This document shows, one piece after another, positions 1 to 9,548 of a DNA stretch of 64,000 nt. Location of the stretch: the IMG/VR virus record IMGVR_UViG_3300042013_000103; one strand, written 5' to 3'. The notes under the pieces were generated by a model. It was given only the letters and a program-made list of their open reading frames with translations. It had not been told where the DNA came from and did no database searches. This DNA comes from a virus. Taxonomy: Duplodnaviria; Caudoviricetes. Position numbers and translations under genes: made by a program. Positions within the stretch are counted from its first letter, which is position 1, and the number at the start of each line of letters is the position of its first letter.

Positions 1-361
1 CTTCCACGCCTTCTTGAATGTATTCCGAGTGGGTGGATTTGCGCACGTCTTCCGGCAGGTACGCGGTCATCGACGGAGCCAACAGCAGTTTCTGTTTCTT
101 CACCCGGTTGAGGAACCCGAGGAACGTGACGTGTTTGAGCGTGCGGTCGCCGTACTCGTTCTTGTCGAGGATGATCGTCTTGGGGTTTTGGAACGCGTTG
201 ACGCCGTCCGGACGGACTTGGGTCTTCACGAATTCCAAACACACGTCAAATGGATCCCCTGTCATCAAGGACAGATACTTTGCGTTATCACCTAGGTACG
301 CGTCGATGATCTCCAGATCTCGCTCGTAGTATTCGGCGTCTTTCAGAAAGGGGTTGAACAT
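1..361 (-). CDS. DNA polymerase, phiKZ gp50-like (PolB-type), 5' portion; runs off window start
   Basis: Hand translation from ATG at 361: MFNPFLKDAEYYERDLEIIDAYLGDNAKYLSLMTGDPFDVCLEFVKTQ...GDRTLKHVTFLGFLNRV...LLAPSMTAYLPE. Resembles the N-terminus of phiKZ-family gp50 and sits at the syntenic position. Not in the ORF track. Confidence 0.75.
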   Translation of the reverse strand, partial: MFNPFLKDAEYYERDLEIIDAYLGDNAKYLSLMTGDPFDVCLEFVKTQVRPDGVNAFQNPKTIILDKNEYGDRTLKHVTFLGFLNRVKKQKLLLAPSMTAYLPEDVRKSTHSEYIQEGVE

Positions 362-495
362 GGCGTGGTCCTATTCGAAGGTGTTCCGTAAACCGTCCCC
401 TTACACCAAAACAGGAAATAGACGGATGCCATTAAGCATCCAGGTTCCCAAGGGGCAAAGCGATTTACAACTCACATGGTTGCCCACACCAGTAC

Positions 496-771
496 TTATT
501 CGACTTTCAGCCCAACACCGGTTTCATCCGTGGACAGCGTGACCACCATCTGCAATTTATGCGCCACACCCAACAAGCGTTCAATGGTGATTGACTCCAG
601 CTTTCCATTCAAGATCAGGCTGCATTCGGAAATGGTCAGCCCCAAGACAAACGCCGCTTCCGTTTGAGTGCGCCACTCTTTCCGGATTCGTTTGGTCAGG
701 TGTTTGGCCAACAGGTCTTTAAAGTCCGTAACGCAGGTCGGGGTGGGTCTTTTGGTGTATGTGCGACGCAT
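496..771 (-). CDS. XRE/HigA-like helix-turn-helix DNA-binding protein
   Basis: TQTEAAFVLGLTISECSLILNGKLESITIERLL is a typical XRE HTH pattern. Confidence 0.75.
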   Translation of the reverse strand: MRRTYTKRPTPTCVTDFKDLLAKHLTKRIRKEWRTQTEAAFVLGLTISECSLILNGKLESITIERLLGVAHKLQMVVTLSTDETGVGLKVE

Positions 772-823
772 GGTAACCTCGGGATGGCATAGAGCCCTCC
801 TTAACAGGAGAGCCGTATGGGGT

Positions 824-1231
824 TTACTCGAATGTGACGGAGTCGGGGGTTTCGTTGTTGGCTTTGATGGCCAACAGGATCCGGTCCAACCGACGCTGGT
901 CGATGTTCTGGAAAATCAGGGTGGCCGTGGAACCTTCCGAGATGACGATGGTGCCCGCTCGGATCCAAGGACTACCAATCACCGCGTATTCGCCTGAATC
1001 GAACTTAATGCGAATCCAGCTGTACTGCGTGGGGTCATTGGGAACCCCGGCCGGCAACGATGGGTACACGTTGGCATGCGCTGGGTAAATCGCTTCCCCC
1101 AAGGTCTGGGCCAACTGCGCGTCGAACTCACCGCAGTAGGTTACGTTCTTGAAGACGTTCCCCAGCTGAGCACTGGGGTAAACCTCGAAGGAAATCTTTT
1201 GGTTAACCTGTAGGTCAGAGATTGTGGTCAT
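824..1231 (-). CDS. conserved jumbo-phage hypothetical protein (beta-rich, SH3-like)
   Basis: 135-aa ORF with an RBS; resembles a conserved phiKZ-family protein found upstream of the polymerase. Confidence 0.65.
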   Translation of the reverse strand: MTTISDLQVNQKISFEVYPSAQLGNVFKNVTYCGEFDAQLAQTLGEAIYPAHANVYPSLPAGVPNDPTQYSWIRIKFDSGEYAVIGSPWIRAGTIVISEGSTATLIFQNIDQRRLDRILLAIKANNETPDSVTFE

Positions 1232-1622
1232 GCTTTCTGCTCCGGATGATTTTAGCTTGAGTCATATCTTTAGGCTCAATAATAAAACCAAACGTTCCCG
1301 TCAGGTCGATGGGGATGATTGAGATGACCTCGATGCCTGGATAACGCTTGACGTAATCCGCGTAAACCTTGTAGGTGTCGACCACGTCTTGGTCATCGTC
1401 TTCCAAAAACCCGTCGTCGATCCGAGGGGATTCAATGATGGTGTTGACGAACTCGTCCATCACCGTGGTTTGAAAGGCATGCAGCAATTTCCGACGCATC
1501 TTGAAGGTTTCTTCTTCGACTCGGTCGGCTTCGTTAAAACGGGAGGCAATGATCTCGCTCAGCCAGCGGGCGGCGAAGAGCGTACCGGGTTGGGATTGTT
1601 CTACGTGAAGTGTGTACGCCAT
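1215..1622 (-). CDS. hypothetical protein (probable start MAYTLH at 1622)
   Basis: ORF track, start shortened to avoid overlap; tightly packed operon. Confidence 0.7.
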   Translation of the reverse strand: MAYTLHVEQSQPGTLFAARWLSEIIASRFNEADRVEEETFKMRRKLLHAFQTTVMDEFVNTIIESPRIDDGFLEDDDQDVVDTYKVYADYVKRYPGIEVISIIPIDLTGTFGFIIEPKDMTQAKIIRSRKHDHNL

Positions 1623-1632
1623 GTCATTTTCC

Positions 1633-2037
1633 CTAGTGAACGAATGCGACCCCCAGCTGCGTATAAGGGAGGTCAATGTACACTCGTTCCGGTTTGTTGT
1701 TGAGTGAAGGGTGTCTAAGGAACTCGAAGACGCTGTCCAGGTACGGGATCGCTTGCGCCATGGCGCTGTCAACCTCAAGGGCCGATAACAACTCCACGCC
1801 AGGCACCGCATAAATCAGGTCCCACAGGAAACCGAAGGCTGAGTAATCACGGTCCGGCCACTGCCATTGTTCCCGACGGTGGTACCGGTGTTCGTGCACT
1901 GCGTATCCAATTAAGGCATGTGAAAGGCGTATACGAAATAGCTCATGTCCGGGTATGCATATATGGCCAAACATACCCACGCTGGACATTACCAAGGTTC
2001 GTGTCCACGGTTTGCGTTGGGCAATGGGGAGCATCAT
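1633..2037 (-). CDS. hypothetical protein
   Basis: ORF track; 4-nt overlap with upstream gene. Confidence 0.65.
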   Translation of the reverse strand: MMLPIAQRKPWTRTLVMSSVGMFGHICIPGHELFRIRLSHALIGYAVHEHRYHRREQWQWPDRDYSAFGFLWDLIYAVPGVELLSALEVDSAMAQAIPYLDSVFEFLRHPSLNNKPERVYIDLPYTQLGVAFVH

Positions 2038-2855
2038 AGGTAGTCCGTTCCGCTAGAAGAGACCTCGTCGTCACTGCGCACGTTGTGCCGGTCCAACCAA
2101 TCGTGGATCACATCAACGTTACTCGGATGAATCCAGTACTTGCCGTACATCTGGGTGCCCGGCTGAGGCGTTAGGTGAATGCGTTGTGCCAGATCCCCCA
2201 CCCATTCCTGGAGGGCCTGCGGGGCATCAATGCTCACGAAGTCAATGCGTTCGTACCACTTGTACGTTCGGATGTACTCGTCCGATTCCGGCACGTACTG
2301 GCCTTGGTGCAGTATCATGGCTTCCGGCACGCAGCTGTCCCCGGTGATGATGAACATCTGGGTTTGGTTGGGTTTGATGTCCACCGATTGAAACCGGGTG
2401 ATCTCGTTGCCTTGCACCAGGACTTGGTGGAACGACGGCGCCAAGATCTTCGCCAGGTGCACCACCACTTCCGTGAACCACTTACTCAGTTGCAGCAGCG
2501 CCTCACGGTCTTGCAGGTCATCACCGTTGTACATTTTCATCGCCGTGGGGAAGGTTTCCCCTAAGTACATTTCGAAGTCCAGGACCATCCCCGGTTGAGG
2601 CACCACCGTGGGGTTGGATTGCAACCAGTGGTTCACACAACCGTGGACCAGCATGATCACCGAGACGTCATCGTCCAGATGGTGGTCAGATTCCGGGTTG
2701 CGGTAAGACCAGTTCTGAATGGAGAGGGCGATCTTGTAAATCAGTTTTTGGATTTCTTGGGTGTTTGCCGTGATGGCCACGTTGGTCGGCAAAGGGGCTT
2801 CGTACATAGTGGTCGTCCAAAAAGAATCAAGGATTGGGTCGGATGTATCGAGCAT
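2034..2855 (-). CDS. hypothetical protein
   Basis: 273-aa ORF with an AGGAG RBS and phage codon bias. Confidence 0.75.
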   Translation of the reverse strand: MLDTSDPILDSFWTTTMYEAPLPTNVAITANTQEIQKLIYKIALSIQNWSYRNPESDHHLDDDVSVIMLVHGCVNHWLQSNPTVVPQPGMVLDFEMYLGETFPTAMKMYNGDDLQDREALLQLSKWFTEVVVHLAKILAPSFHQVLVQGNEITRFQSVDIKPNQTQMFIITGDSCVPEAMILHQGQYVPESDEYIRTYKWYERIDFVSIDAPQALQEWVGDLAQRIHLTPQPGTQMYGKYWIHPSNVDVIHDWLDRHNVRSDDEVSSSGTDYL

Positions 2856-2865
2856 GAGGCGCTCC

Positions 2866-3255
2866 TTAAGCAGTCACTAGAATGATAACCCGCTTATGGT
2901 CCACCCCTAGGCACCGCAAATCAACCGCCACGCCCATGGGGTCTTGGGTTTTCAACATACCCAAGATTAACTTGCGGTACTCGTGGTCAATGCGCTTGAT
3001 CAGCGACCGGTACTCGGGATAGAGGTCTTTGTTGGTCACATAGACTCCGCTATCCACGTAAATGTTCACCAGTTCACTGTACCCGGCCTGGGTGTTGTTC
3101 TCCAGAATCTGTTCGTACGTCAGGCACCCGGTGCAGTACCAGTATTCGTAGATGCTATTCAGGACTTGTTGCACGCAATGCTCGACCCGCCAATGCCCCA
3201 GTTCTTTGATCTCGTGTGTAGAAAGCCTCTGCTCTAAGACGATTAACAATTTCAT
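2866..3255 (-). CDS. hypothetical protein (probable start MKLLIV at 3255)
   Basis: ORF track, start adjusted. Confidence 0.65.
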   Translation of the reverse strand: MKLLIVLEQRLSTHEIKELGHWRVEHCVQQVLNSIYEYWYCTGCLTYEQILENNTQAGYSELVNIYVDSGVYVTNKDLYPEYRSLIKRIDHEYRKLILGMLKTQDPMGVAVDLRCLGVDHKRVIILVTA

Positions 3256-3670
3256 ATTGTTCCCACTTGTCCGCGGTGTAAACCACGATAAAAATTGCCT
3301 TGTTTCGTTTGAACTGCACGGGGAACACGGCGTTGACTCCTTTGGGTAAGGCTTTCCACAACACCAAGGCCGTGTCAATAAAGAGCTTCTCATAGCGAGC
3401 AGCCCGTTTCCCTTTGCGCCTTTCAAAACCGTCGGGCATCCGCAACCAGTTCCCGGGAATCACAAACTCCCAGTCGTAGGTCATGTCTTCCCGTTCCACG
3501 GTAGCAATCCCGCGCATCACCCAGTCGATGATGTCGTTAAACACCCCGCACGGTCCCACACCGACGTAGGCATGGCCGGTGATGATCTTGGAATGCAGTT
3601 TCTCCAGTTCTTCGTAGTGGGGGAAGTAGGTGGGGATGTCCAGCGTGTACACCAACTCTTTACGTTCCAT
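3155..3670 (-). CDS. hypothetical protein (probable start MERKEL at 3670)
   Basis: ORF track, GAGGT RBS. Confidence 0.65.
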   Translation of the reverse strand: MERKELVYTLDIPTYFPHYEELEKLHSKIITGHAYVGVGPCGVFNDIIDWVMRGIATVEREDMTYDWEFVIPGNWLRMPDGFERRKGKRAARYEKLFIDTALVLWKALPKGVNAVFPVQFKRNKAIFIVVYTADKWEQYEIVNRLRAEAFYTRDQRTGALAGRALRATSPE

Positions 3671-3720
3671 TAGATACACCTCTTGACAGCATATCGCCCC
3701 AGCCGAAGCCGGGGCGAAAG

Positions 3721-3984
3721 TTACGTGTTGACCACGGGGAGCGTTAACCCGCTGAGCGAGTTGCGGCAAGAATGGTGCATTTGTTCTTGCAGCAGGGCTT
3801 GCTTGGCTTTGGTCACCAACACGTATTGTTCAGTGGTTCCGCGGTGGCTGTAGGCATTGACCACGTAACCTTTTGTTTCCAGGGCCGACAGGGCGATGGC
3901 TTTGAGTGGGTCATTGACGGTGAACTCAACCACGTGGAACCCTGTCCCCTGATATATCTTAATACCTTGACGAAAATCAATCAT
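3721..3984 (-). CDS. hypothetical protein (start MIDFRQ, ATGA-coupled)
   Basis: Start overlaps stop of upstream gene. Confidence 0.65.
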   Translation of the reverse strand: MIDFRQGIKIYQGTGFHVVEFTVNDPLKAIALSALETKGYVVNAYSHRGTTEQYVLVTKAKQALLQEQMHHSCRNSLSGLTLPVVNT

Positions 3985-4904
3985 TGACGGTTCTCCATAA
4001 TCCAACGCTCCGCGATGTCCACTTCACCCGGCAACAACCGATCACCGCGCTCGTAGGACTCCACCAGTTCCAGGATTTCGCGCTCACTGGCACTGCGGTT
4101 CACTTCCCGGATGGTCAGCAAGCCATTGATCAAGTCGGCTTCGTAACTTTTGTTCCGTTTGATGTACGTCGAGAAGTACGTCAACCCGAACGCGTGCAGT
4201 ACCTTGGAAACGACGTTAGACTTGAAGGTGTCGTAATGGAAGATCCCCATTCTCGCCAACAGTTTGCTGTCCACCATAGGAGTGTGCTTGCTGAAGCGCA
4301 GCTGAGGATACAGTTCCACGAACACTTCCGCCACCAGTGCGGTAATAAACCCGGCGGTGAATTCCATGCCGTAGTGGGTTTCGAACTTCTCATGGATGTA
4401 CTCGATCGGGTTGGAACAATTCAACGAGATGTACGGACGTTCGTTCTCGTCCACGTACTCGTTCGCTTGCTCCCACTCGGACACGCGGTAGTCCTTGCCT
4501 TCCGCCATGGCCAAGATCCCCGCCATGGAAATGATCTTCCACTCGGTCCAGGTCTTTTCTTCGATGTGCCGGTAGATCTGCCCTGACAGTTCATGCACGA
4601 TGCCGTCAATCGACGGTTCACGGTCCACAATCTCGGCGATGTCGATTTGGTGCGGTTGGACTTGTTCCTGTTCGCAGTTAAACAGGATCGCGGCTTTGGC
4701 CAAGGTCCAGTCATACCCGTTGGTGGGGATCAACGATCGGGCCGCCAATAACTCTTCGGCCAACACTTTTACGTACCGCATCCCCATGGCTTTCGTTGGG
4801 AACGCAAAGGATGCATTTGGGTTGTTTTCTTTTAGGAAGATAAAGTAATCCAGCGCCACGGACACGTGTTGGCGCGCTTCCAGTACAATAAACCGCTTAT
4901 GCAT
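3981..4904 (-). CDS. conserved jumbo-phage hypothetical protein
   Basis: 307-aa ORF with strong codon bias. Confidence 0.75.
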   Translation of the reverse strand: MHKRFIVLEARQHVSVALDYFIFLKENNPNASFAFPTKAMGMRYVKVLAEELLAARSLIPTNGYDWTLAKAAILFNCEQEQVQPHQIDIAEIVDREPSIDGIVHELSGQIYRHIEEKTWTEWKIISMAGILAMAEGKDYRVSEWEQANEYVDENERPYISLNCSNPIEYIHEKFETHYGMEFTAGFITALVAEVFVELYPQLRFSKHTPMVDSKLLARMGIFHYDTFKSNVVSKVLHAFGLTYFSTYIKRNKSYEADLINGLLTIREVNRSASEREILELVESYERGDRLLPGEVDIAERWIMENRQ

Positions 4905-4923
4905 TTCTTTGTCCTCTAGGTAA

Positions 4924-5271
4924 CTATTTACGGCTGTACGTCAACCACATCCTTCGGTCTTGCCGAAATAGGTGTACGAAAGAGCCTGCGCTTTCGTTGG
5001 GTAAGGCCAGGATCTGGTATAGCCAACTGCGTGCTTGTGTGTTTAGTTCAAACCATCTCAACTCGGGCAACGTGTTCTGCTGAACGTTGTAACCTGCAAC
5101 GTAGACCATCTGAAAGCTATTAATGGTGTAGGACAAGAAATTGTCAATTAATAGTTGACGCTTTAGGTGGCGTTCGGTCAGGGTTCCGGGGATGTACAAG
5201 GGGTGCTCGGTGAGCGCGTCCAGGACGATCCCGATCTCGTAGCCGATGATGGTCGAAGGGGGTTTGGTCAT
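4924..5271 (-). CDS. hypothetical protein (probable start MTKPP at 5271)
   Basis: GGAG RBS; first gene after the promoter at 5308-5317. Confidence 0.7.
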   Translation of the reverse strand: MTKPPSTIIGYEIGIVLDALTEHPLYIPGTLTERHLKRQLLIDNFLSYTINSFQMVYVAGYNVQQNTLPELRWFELNTQARSWLYQILALPNESAGSFVHLFRQDRRMWLTYSRK

Positions 5272-5307
5272 TGGTGAGACTCCAACCATTATTTATTTCT
5301 CCAGACC

Positions 5308-5317
5308 GTAATATAGT
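5308..5317 (-). promoter_or_regulatory. phiKZ-type early promoter motif ACTATATTAC
   Basis: Plus-strand GTAATATAGT directly upstream of a minus-strand operon; contains the established phiKZ early consensus TATATTAC. Confidence 0.7.
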
Positions 5318-5446
5318 CTTGAGATTTTATGTAATGGGTGCTGAGATTTTATATGACGATCCCTGAGCCCTGCTGTATACAATACGCTACCCAAGTATTA
5401 TCTTACGAGCGATCGTTCAACCAGTGGCCTCACAGGAGCCTTTAAG

Positions 5447-6247
5447 ATGAATCCTATCACGAAAGCGTTGTCGGATTTGAAGTTTAAGATCCCACCCGAG
5501 ATTTTAAAGACCGCTTTCATCACAGCGGAACAACAGCTATGCGGTTTGAACATTTCGCTGGAAACGTTGATCCGAGAAGCCGTGATCGAAGAACGCGTGA
5601 TGGTCGACATGAACCTGATCGGCGGCGCGAAAACGTACATCCCGTTGGATTTCCCCGTTAAGTCGGAGTACATCGATCCGTTCTGCGTGGTCTACTACAT
5701 CCCGGACGAGTACACCCAGCAGCGCGACATCGTACAGGTGTTCTCGATCCACTTCGGGATCTTGGGCTACCAGAACACCGGGTACGCCATGAACTACTCG
5801 GAATCGGTGATGGGGGCGGAAACCCGCAAAGTGCTGGATGCGGCCAAACGCTTGCCGGTGGCCCAGACCTCGTACATCAACATCATCAACCACAACACCA
5901 TCATGGTCCGCTACATTTACCTGCCGACGCATGCCGCTTACCTGAGCTGTCGCTTGGGCAATGACCAAGAACTGAACACAATCCGGGCCCAAGCCATTCC
6001 CGCGTTCTCCAAACTCGTGGAGATGGCGGTCAAGTCCTACATCTACAACAACATGTACGTGAGCATGGGTGAATCGGTGTTGCAAGGCGGTCAAGCGCTG
6101 GGTGAGTTCCGTGACAAAGTCATGGAGTACGCCGATGCGGAAGAACTCTACGAAGAGGCGCTGAAGCGCTGGCGGAAGATCTCCCGTTGCTTCAACGACC
6201 CCGAAGGCAACCGTCACCACATCCGCACGATCATGGCGGCCCCGTAA
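5447..6247 (+). CDS. conserved phiKZ-family protein, probable virion structural protein
   Basis: [20 protein letters not shown]... resembles a core phiKZ-family gene; isolated plus-strand gene with upstream TATG sites. Confidence 0.65.
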   Translation: MNPITKALSDLKFKIPPEILKTAFITAEQQLCGLNISLETLIREAVIEERVMVDMNLIGGAKTYIPLDFPVKSEYIDPFCVVYYIPDEYTQQRDIVQVFSIHFGILGYQNTGYAMNYSESVMGAETRKVLDAAKRLPVAQTSYINIINHNTIMVRYIYLPTHAAYLSCRLGNDQELNTIRAQAIPAFSKLVEMAVKSYIYNNMYVSMGESVLQGGQALGEFRDKVMEYADAEELYEEALKRWRKISRCFNDPEGNRHHIRTIMAAP

Positions 6248-6301
6248 TGCATTAAAAAGAAAGGAGTTCTCGCCATGCGCGTTAAAGAACTGGTTTGAAA
6301 C

Positions 6302-6352
6302 CAAAAAAATAAATGACATAGGTCCTCTCCGGTTCGGAGAGGACTTTATGCC
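6302..6352. terminator. bidirectional intrinsic terminator
   Basis: A-tract, GTCCTCTCC-ggttc-GGAGAGGAC, TTTATG; lies between convergent genes. Confidence 0.8.
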
Positions 6353-6363
6353 GTGTTGAGCGG

Positions 6364-6597
6364 TTATTGCACAGTGGCCAGCACACTGCTGACGATTTGT
6401 AAAGATCCATCATGGTGCAAGTGCACTCCACGGGGGCGGGGGTGAATCGTCGCGATTTGATTGTTCGCGAGGATGTCCCAAATGATCACGCAATGTTTCT
6501 TGACGATGATCTGGTGGTCAAAGGCCGAGTACAAACGTTTGGCTCGGGTCATTAAACGCTTAGCGTTGCTCACGATGTCAGTTTCATAGGTTTCCAT
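6364..6597 (-). CDS. small hypothetical protein (~80-aa paralogue family)
   Basis: ORF with an AGGAG RBS; shares pattern with neighbours. Confidence 0.7.
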   Translation of the reverse strand: METYETDIVSNAKRLMTRAKRLYSAFDHQIIVKKHCVIIWDILANNQIATIHPRPRGVHLHHDGSLQIVSSVLATVQ

Positions 6598-6699
6598 TAT
6601 AGTTGCTCCTGTGACTTTGAGTTACACTTACTCCGTACCGGGGTTTTAGTGGGAAAGACGACATAAACCCCCTCCACACTGGAAGGGGCTATGTTGGGG

Positions 6700-6942
6700 T
6701 CAGTTGCGAATCATGCTGGCAAACAGGTCCACCACAATCCAATTCCGTTCGTGGAACGCAATGCGGTTTTCCTTCGGGAAGATTGACAGGATGTAGGTGT
6801 GGGGGCTGAAGATGCTCACTTCTTGGTTTTGTACCGTGCACCGGTATCCCCCCGGGTAGCGAATCTCTTGGGGTGGTGGATCCATGGCCAGAATGGTGGT
6901 GCCCCATCTGATCAGTTTAGCGGTGTGTTTTTCAGCCTTCAT
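6700..6942 (-). CDS. small hypothetical protein (start MKAEKH; ~80-aa paralogue family)
   Basis: ATGA-coupled; LSIFPKENRI motif. Confidence 0.7.
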   Translation of the reverse strand: MKAEKHTAKLIRWGTTILAMDPPPQEIRYPGGYRCTVQNQEVSIFSPHTYILSIFPKENRIAFHERNWIVVDLFASMIRN

Positions 6943-7184
6943 GGAGCGGTTCCGATCAGTACGATGAATTGGTCCACGGCCAGGCAATTGGCCACGTGCT
7001 GTTCCACCCGGTTTTCCTTCGGGTAGATGGTGAACAGCACCACGGTATCCGACAGCACGTGCACCACGGTCATTTCCACCCGGCACTCGTACCCGTTGTA
7101 GTGGGTGCGTTTGGGCAGGGGGCTTTCGTGCAACAAGGCCGAAGCCCATAACAACAACAAGTCTTTCTTGTAATCTCGGGTCAT
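6939..7184 (-). CDS. small hypothetical protein (~80-aa paralogue family)
   Basis: FTIYPKENRV motif; follows the promoter at 7221. Confidence 0.7.
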   Translation of the reverse strand: MTRDYKKDLLLLWASALLHESPLPKRTHYNGYECRVEMTVVHVLSDTVVLFTIYPKENRVEQHVANCLAVDQFIVLIGTAP

Positions 7185-7220
7185 GTAACGCTCCTCTTAA
7201 CTACATGGTTTATCCCCGTT

Positions 7221-7230
7221 GTAATATAGT
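7221..7230 (-). promoter_or_regulatory. early promoter motif ACTATATTAC
   Basis: GGTTTATCCCCGTTGTAATATAGTC, 24/25 identical to the copy at 22926-22950. Confidence 0.75.
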
Positions 7231-7250
7231 CGCAGAAAGCCTTCCAATGC

Positions 7251-7298
7251 AAAAAAATAAGGCATAAAGCCCTCCCCGAAGGGAGAGGCTTTTATGCC
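7251..7298. terminator. intrinsic terminator
   Basis: GGCATAAAGCCCTCCCCGAAGGGAGAGGCTTTTATGCC hairpin with an A-tract. Confidence 0.8.
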
Positions 7299-7300
7299 AG

Positions 7301-7780
7301 TCACAGCTCCATCAAGATCGCATAGATCTGCTCCAGTGTCCCGAAGGTATCGTAGATGCTGATCGTTTTTGGGATAAAGAACAAGGTGGCGTAATCCGCC
7401 CCCGCCTTTTTGATCGTGATGGTGGTGGATCGAATGTCCACTTTAAACATCCCCACATCTTTAACCACGGGCACGTCGGTTAGGAACTTACGTCCGGCAC
7501 CGAGCACTTCCTCTGTAGTCAACACCTTGGGCAACGACAGCGCCATCAATTCCTTGGCGATCAATGTCCGCAGGTCTCCTGACGTTTCCATGGCACGATG
7601 GTACATAACGCTCCCATCGTTCGGAAAAATGCTGACTACATCGTGTCCGTTTTTAGAAATACGCACATGGTCCGACATGAGATCGATCTTGTAATCACCC
7701 AGACGCGTCAAATGAACCACGTCCGGAGTAAGATAACGTTTCGCGAAATCGAGCAGGATTTGTTCGTTGGGTGTGTTCAT
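7301..7780 (-). CDS. hypothetical protein with two tandem ~75-aa domains
   Basis: YKIDLMSDHVRISK...VVSIFP versus FKVDIRSTTITIKK...ATLFFIP internal repeat. Confidence 0.75.
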   Translation of the reverse strand: MNTPNEQILLDFAKRYLTPDVVHLTRLGDYKIDLMSDHVRISKNGHDVVSIFPNDGSVMYHRAMETSGDLRTLIAKELMALSLPKVLTTEEVLGAGRKFLTDVPVVKDVGMFKVDIRSTTITIKKAGADYATLFFIPKTISIYDTFGTLEQIYAILMEL

Positions 7781-7886
7781 TTTCGTGTTACCTATTTGCT
7801 ACTACATACCAGTCCCGTCACCGGTCTGGGCTCTTACGCCCCTTGCGGGGCATAACTTTAAAATCCGAGCGAGCGGCAGCGCTCTG

Positions 7887-8378
7887 TTAAGCGGGTACCG
7901 CCAAAGGTTTCCGGAGAATAACGCCCCAGTTAAAGGGCAGTGCTTGCTGAGTATAAAGGGAGTACTTCCGCAGCTTCGGGCATTCCTCATTAAACACGGT
8001 TAACGTCCGATGACTGGGGTTATCATCAATTAAAAAATAGAAGTTTTCTTTGAGGTCTTCGGTCTTGGCTGTTTGCACCGGGAATAGTTCCCCGCCGCCC
8101 CTCACATACCACCGCCGATACTGCCGTTTCGCTAACCGTTCCTCCACGAGGGGATTAGAGATGAACTTTTTGATCTTTGCTCGCATCCCATTAGCATCAT
8201 TCCAAGTGTCAACTGTATCCACGTGGATGTAATCGCCCTGCACTAGGGCGAAGACGAACCCGTCCACCAGCTGGCGCAACCCGACAACGTGTCTGAGAAT
8301 CATGGTAAAGGGAGAGAGCACTAAACCCAGCTCGTTTGCTACGGCTTGGTCCAGTTGCTTAGCTATTGACTTGGTCAT
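7887..8378 (-). CDS. hypothetical protein
   Basis: 163-aa ORF with a GGAGG RBS. Confidence 0.65.
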   Translation of the reverse strand: MTKSIAKQLDQAVANELGLVLSPFTMILRHVVGLRQLVDGFVFALVQGDYIHVDTVDTWNDANGMRAKIKKFISNPLVEERLAKRQYRRWYVRGGGELFPVQTAKTEDLKENFYFLIDDNPSHRTLTVFNEECPKLRKYSLYTQQALPFNWGVILRKPLAVPA

Positions 8379-8470
8379 ATAGCCTCCCGCTTTAGTCTAG
8401 ATTGGATGCACGGTAATATTCCTTCATTGCAGGTACGGTTTACACAGCATGGGACAGGCGAGTAGAGTTT

Positions 8471-8743
8471 CTACGTCAGGTTCTGTTGCAGCAGTTCCCG
8501 AAACTTGTCATCCACATTGACTTTACCGGCGGCGACGTCAGGGTGGGACCGCGCTACGCGTTCCAGTCGTTTGACATCCAGCACCACGTTCGCGGGTTTG
8601 GGTTTCCCCAACACTTCATTCAGGGCAGACAGGGCCCCTTCCTTGATTGCGTCGATGGTTGTCTTGGTCGCGTAAGCTTCGTTGTGGCGTTTGATGTCCG
8701 CTTCACGCAGGCGGCGCTTTAACGTTTTCTTGGACTCCGTCAT
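8471..8743 (-). CDS. hypothetical protein (start MTESKK)
   Basis: TAATG coupling with upstream gene. Confidence 0.65.
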   Translation of the reverse strand: MTESKKTLKRRLREADIKRHNEAYATKTTIDAIKEGALSALNEVLGKPKPANVVLDVKRLERVARSHPDVAAGKVNVDDKFRELLQQNLT

Positions 8744-9150
8744 TACGGCACCTCGGGTGGGGTGTAAAGTGGGATGCGCTGTTGTTTGGACGTGTTCCCA
8801 TTGGCATCGGTCGTTTGTGCTGGGGACCAATACAACAATTTACCTAAATCACTGTCCACGGCAATGGTTACCGTGTCCAAGGTCAGAACGCAATCCATCG
8901 CTGGCTCGCCATTGGAATGGAAATCCCGCTCTCGCGTCCGTACTTCTTTCAGGGCTTCGTTCAACACCACGTATTCGCGTGAGCGTTCGCAATCGAGGCG
9001 CTCCACCAGAACCCTGCGCCCGTGGAAGACTTCGGTCAAGTCAGCGAAGCCTGCGTATTCCAGCGGTGACATGATCCGCACTAACTCGCCGTTGGGGAAC
9101 TGAAACCAGTTGCCGGAACGGGACAGGGTGACGTAACCGTTGTCGATCAT
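8743..9150 (-). CDS. hypothetical protein
   Basis: ORF track; coupled. Confidence 0.65.
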   Translation of the reverse strand: MIDNGYVTLSRSGNWFQFPNGELVRIMSPLEYAGFADLTEVFHGRRVLVERLDCERSREYVVLNEALKEVRTRERDFHSNGEPAMDCVLTLDTVTIAVDSDLGKLLYWSPAQTTDANGNTSKQQRIPLYTPPEVP

Positions 9151-9548
9151 GCACGCACCCCCTCAGGACTGTCCGACTGGTGTGCTTCTGCCCAGGCGTC
9201 GAATTCTTGTTTCGCTGTTTCCGCCAGCTTGGCGTGTTTGGACAGGTCGCGTTTGTAATCGTACTGCGGGGCACGGTACAGCGCTTGCCAGAACCAGTTG
9301 TCCGGGTACGGCACCAGGTGTTCCGCGGACTCTCCGTCGTTGATCCGGTGCGAGACGTACTGCAGCACCAGCGCCCACCGGGAGTTCTCACGGGGATCAT
9401 CGATGAGTTTGGCCAAGAACGCTTTGAGCATGGCTTCGTCGAGTTGAAGCTTGGCGGCCAGATCAGTGATGGTGATGGTTTCTTTGGCAACAATCGCACT
9501 CATCAGCGCGGCCATGGCCCGACCCATTAAGTTCAGGTGGTAAGACAT
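9147..9548 (-). CDS. putative HTH DNA-binding protein
   Basis: ITITDLAAKLQLDEAMLKAFL HTH-like; paralogue of 9548-10003. Confidence 0.6.
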   Translation of the reverse strand: MSYHLNLMGRAMAALMSAIVAKETITITDLAAKLQLDEAMLKAFLAKLIDDPRENSRWALVLQYVSHRINDGESAEHLVPYPDNWFWQALYRAPQYDYKRDLSKHAKLAETAKQEFDAWAEAHQSDSPEGVRA

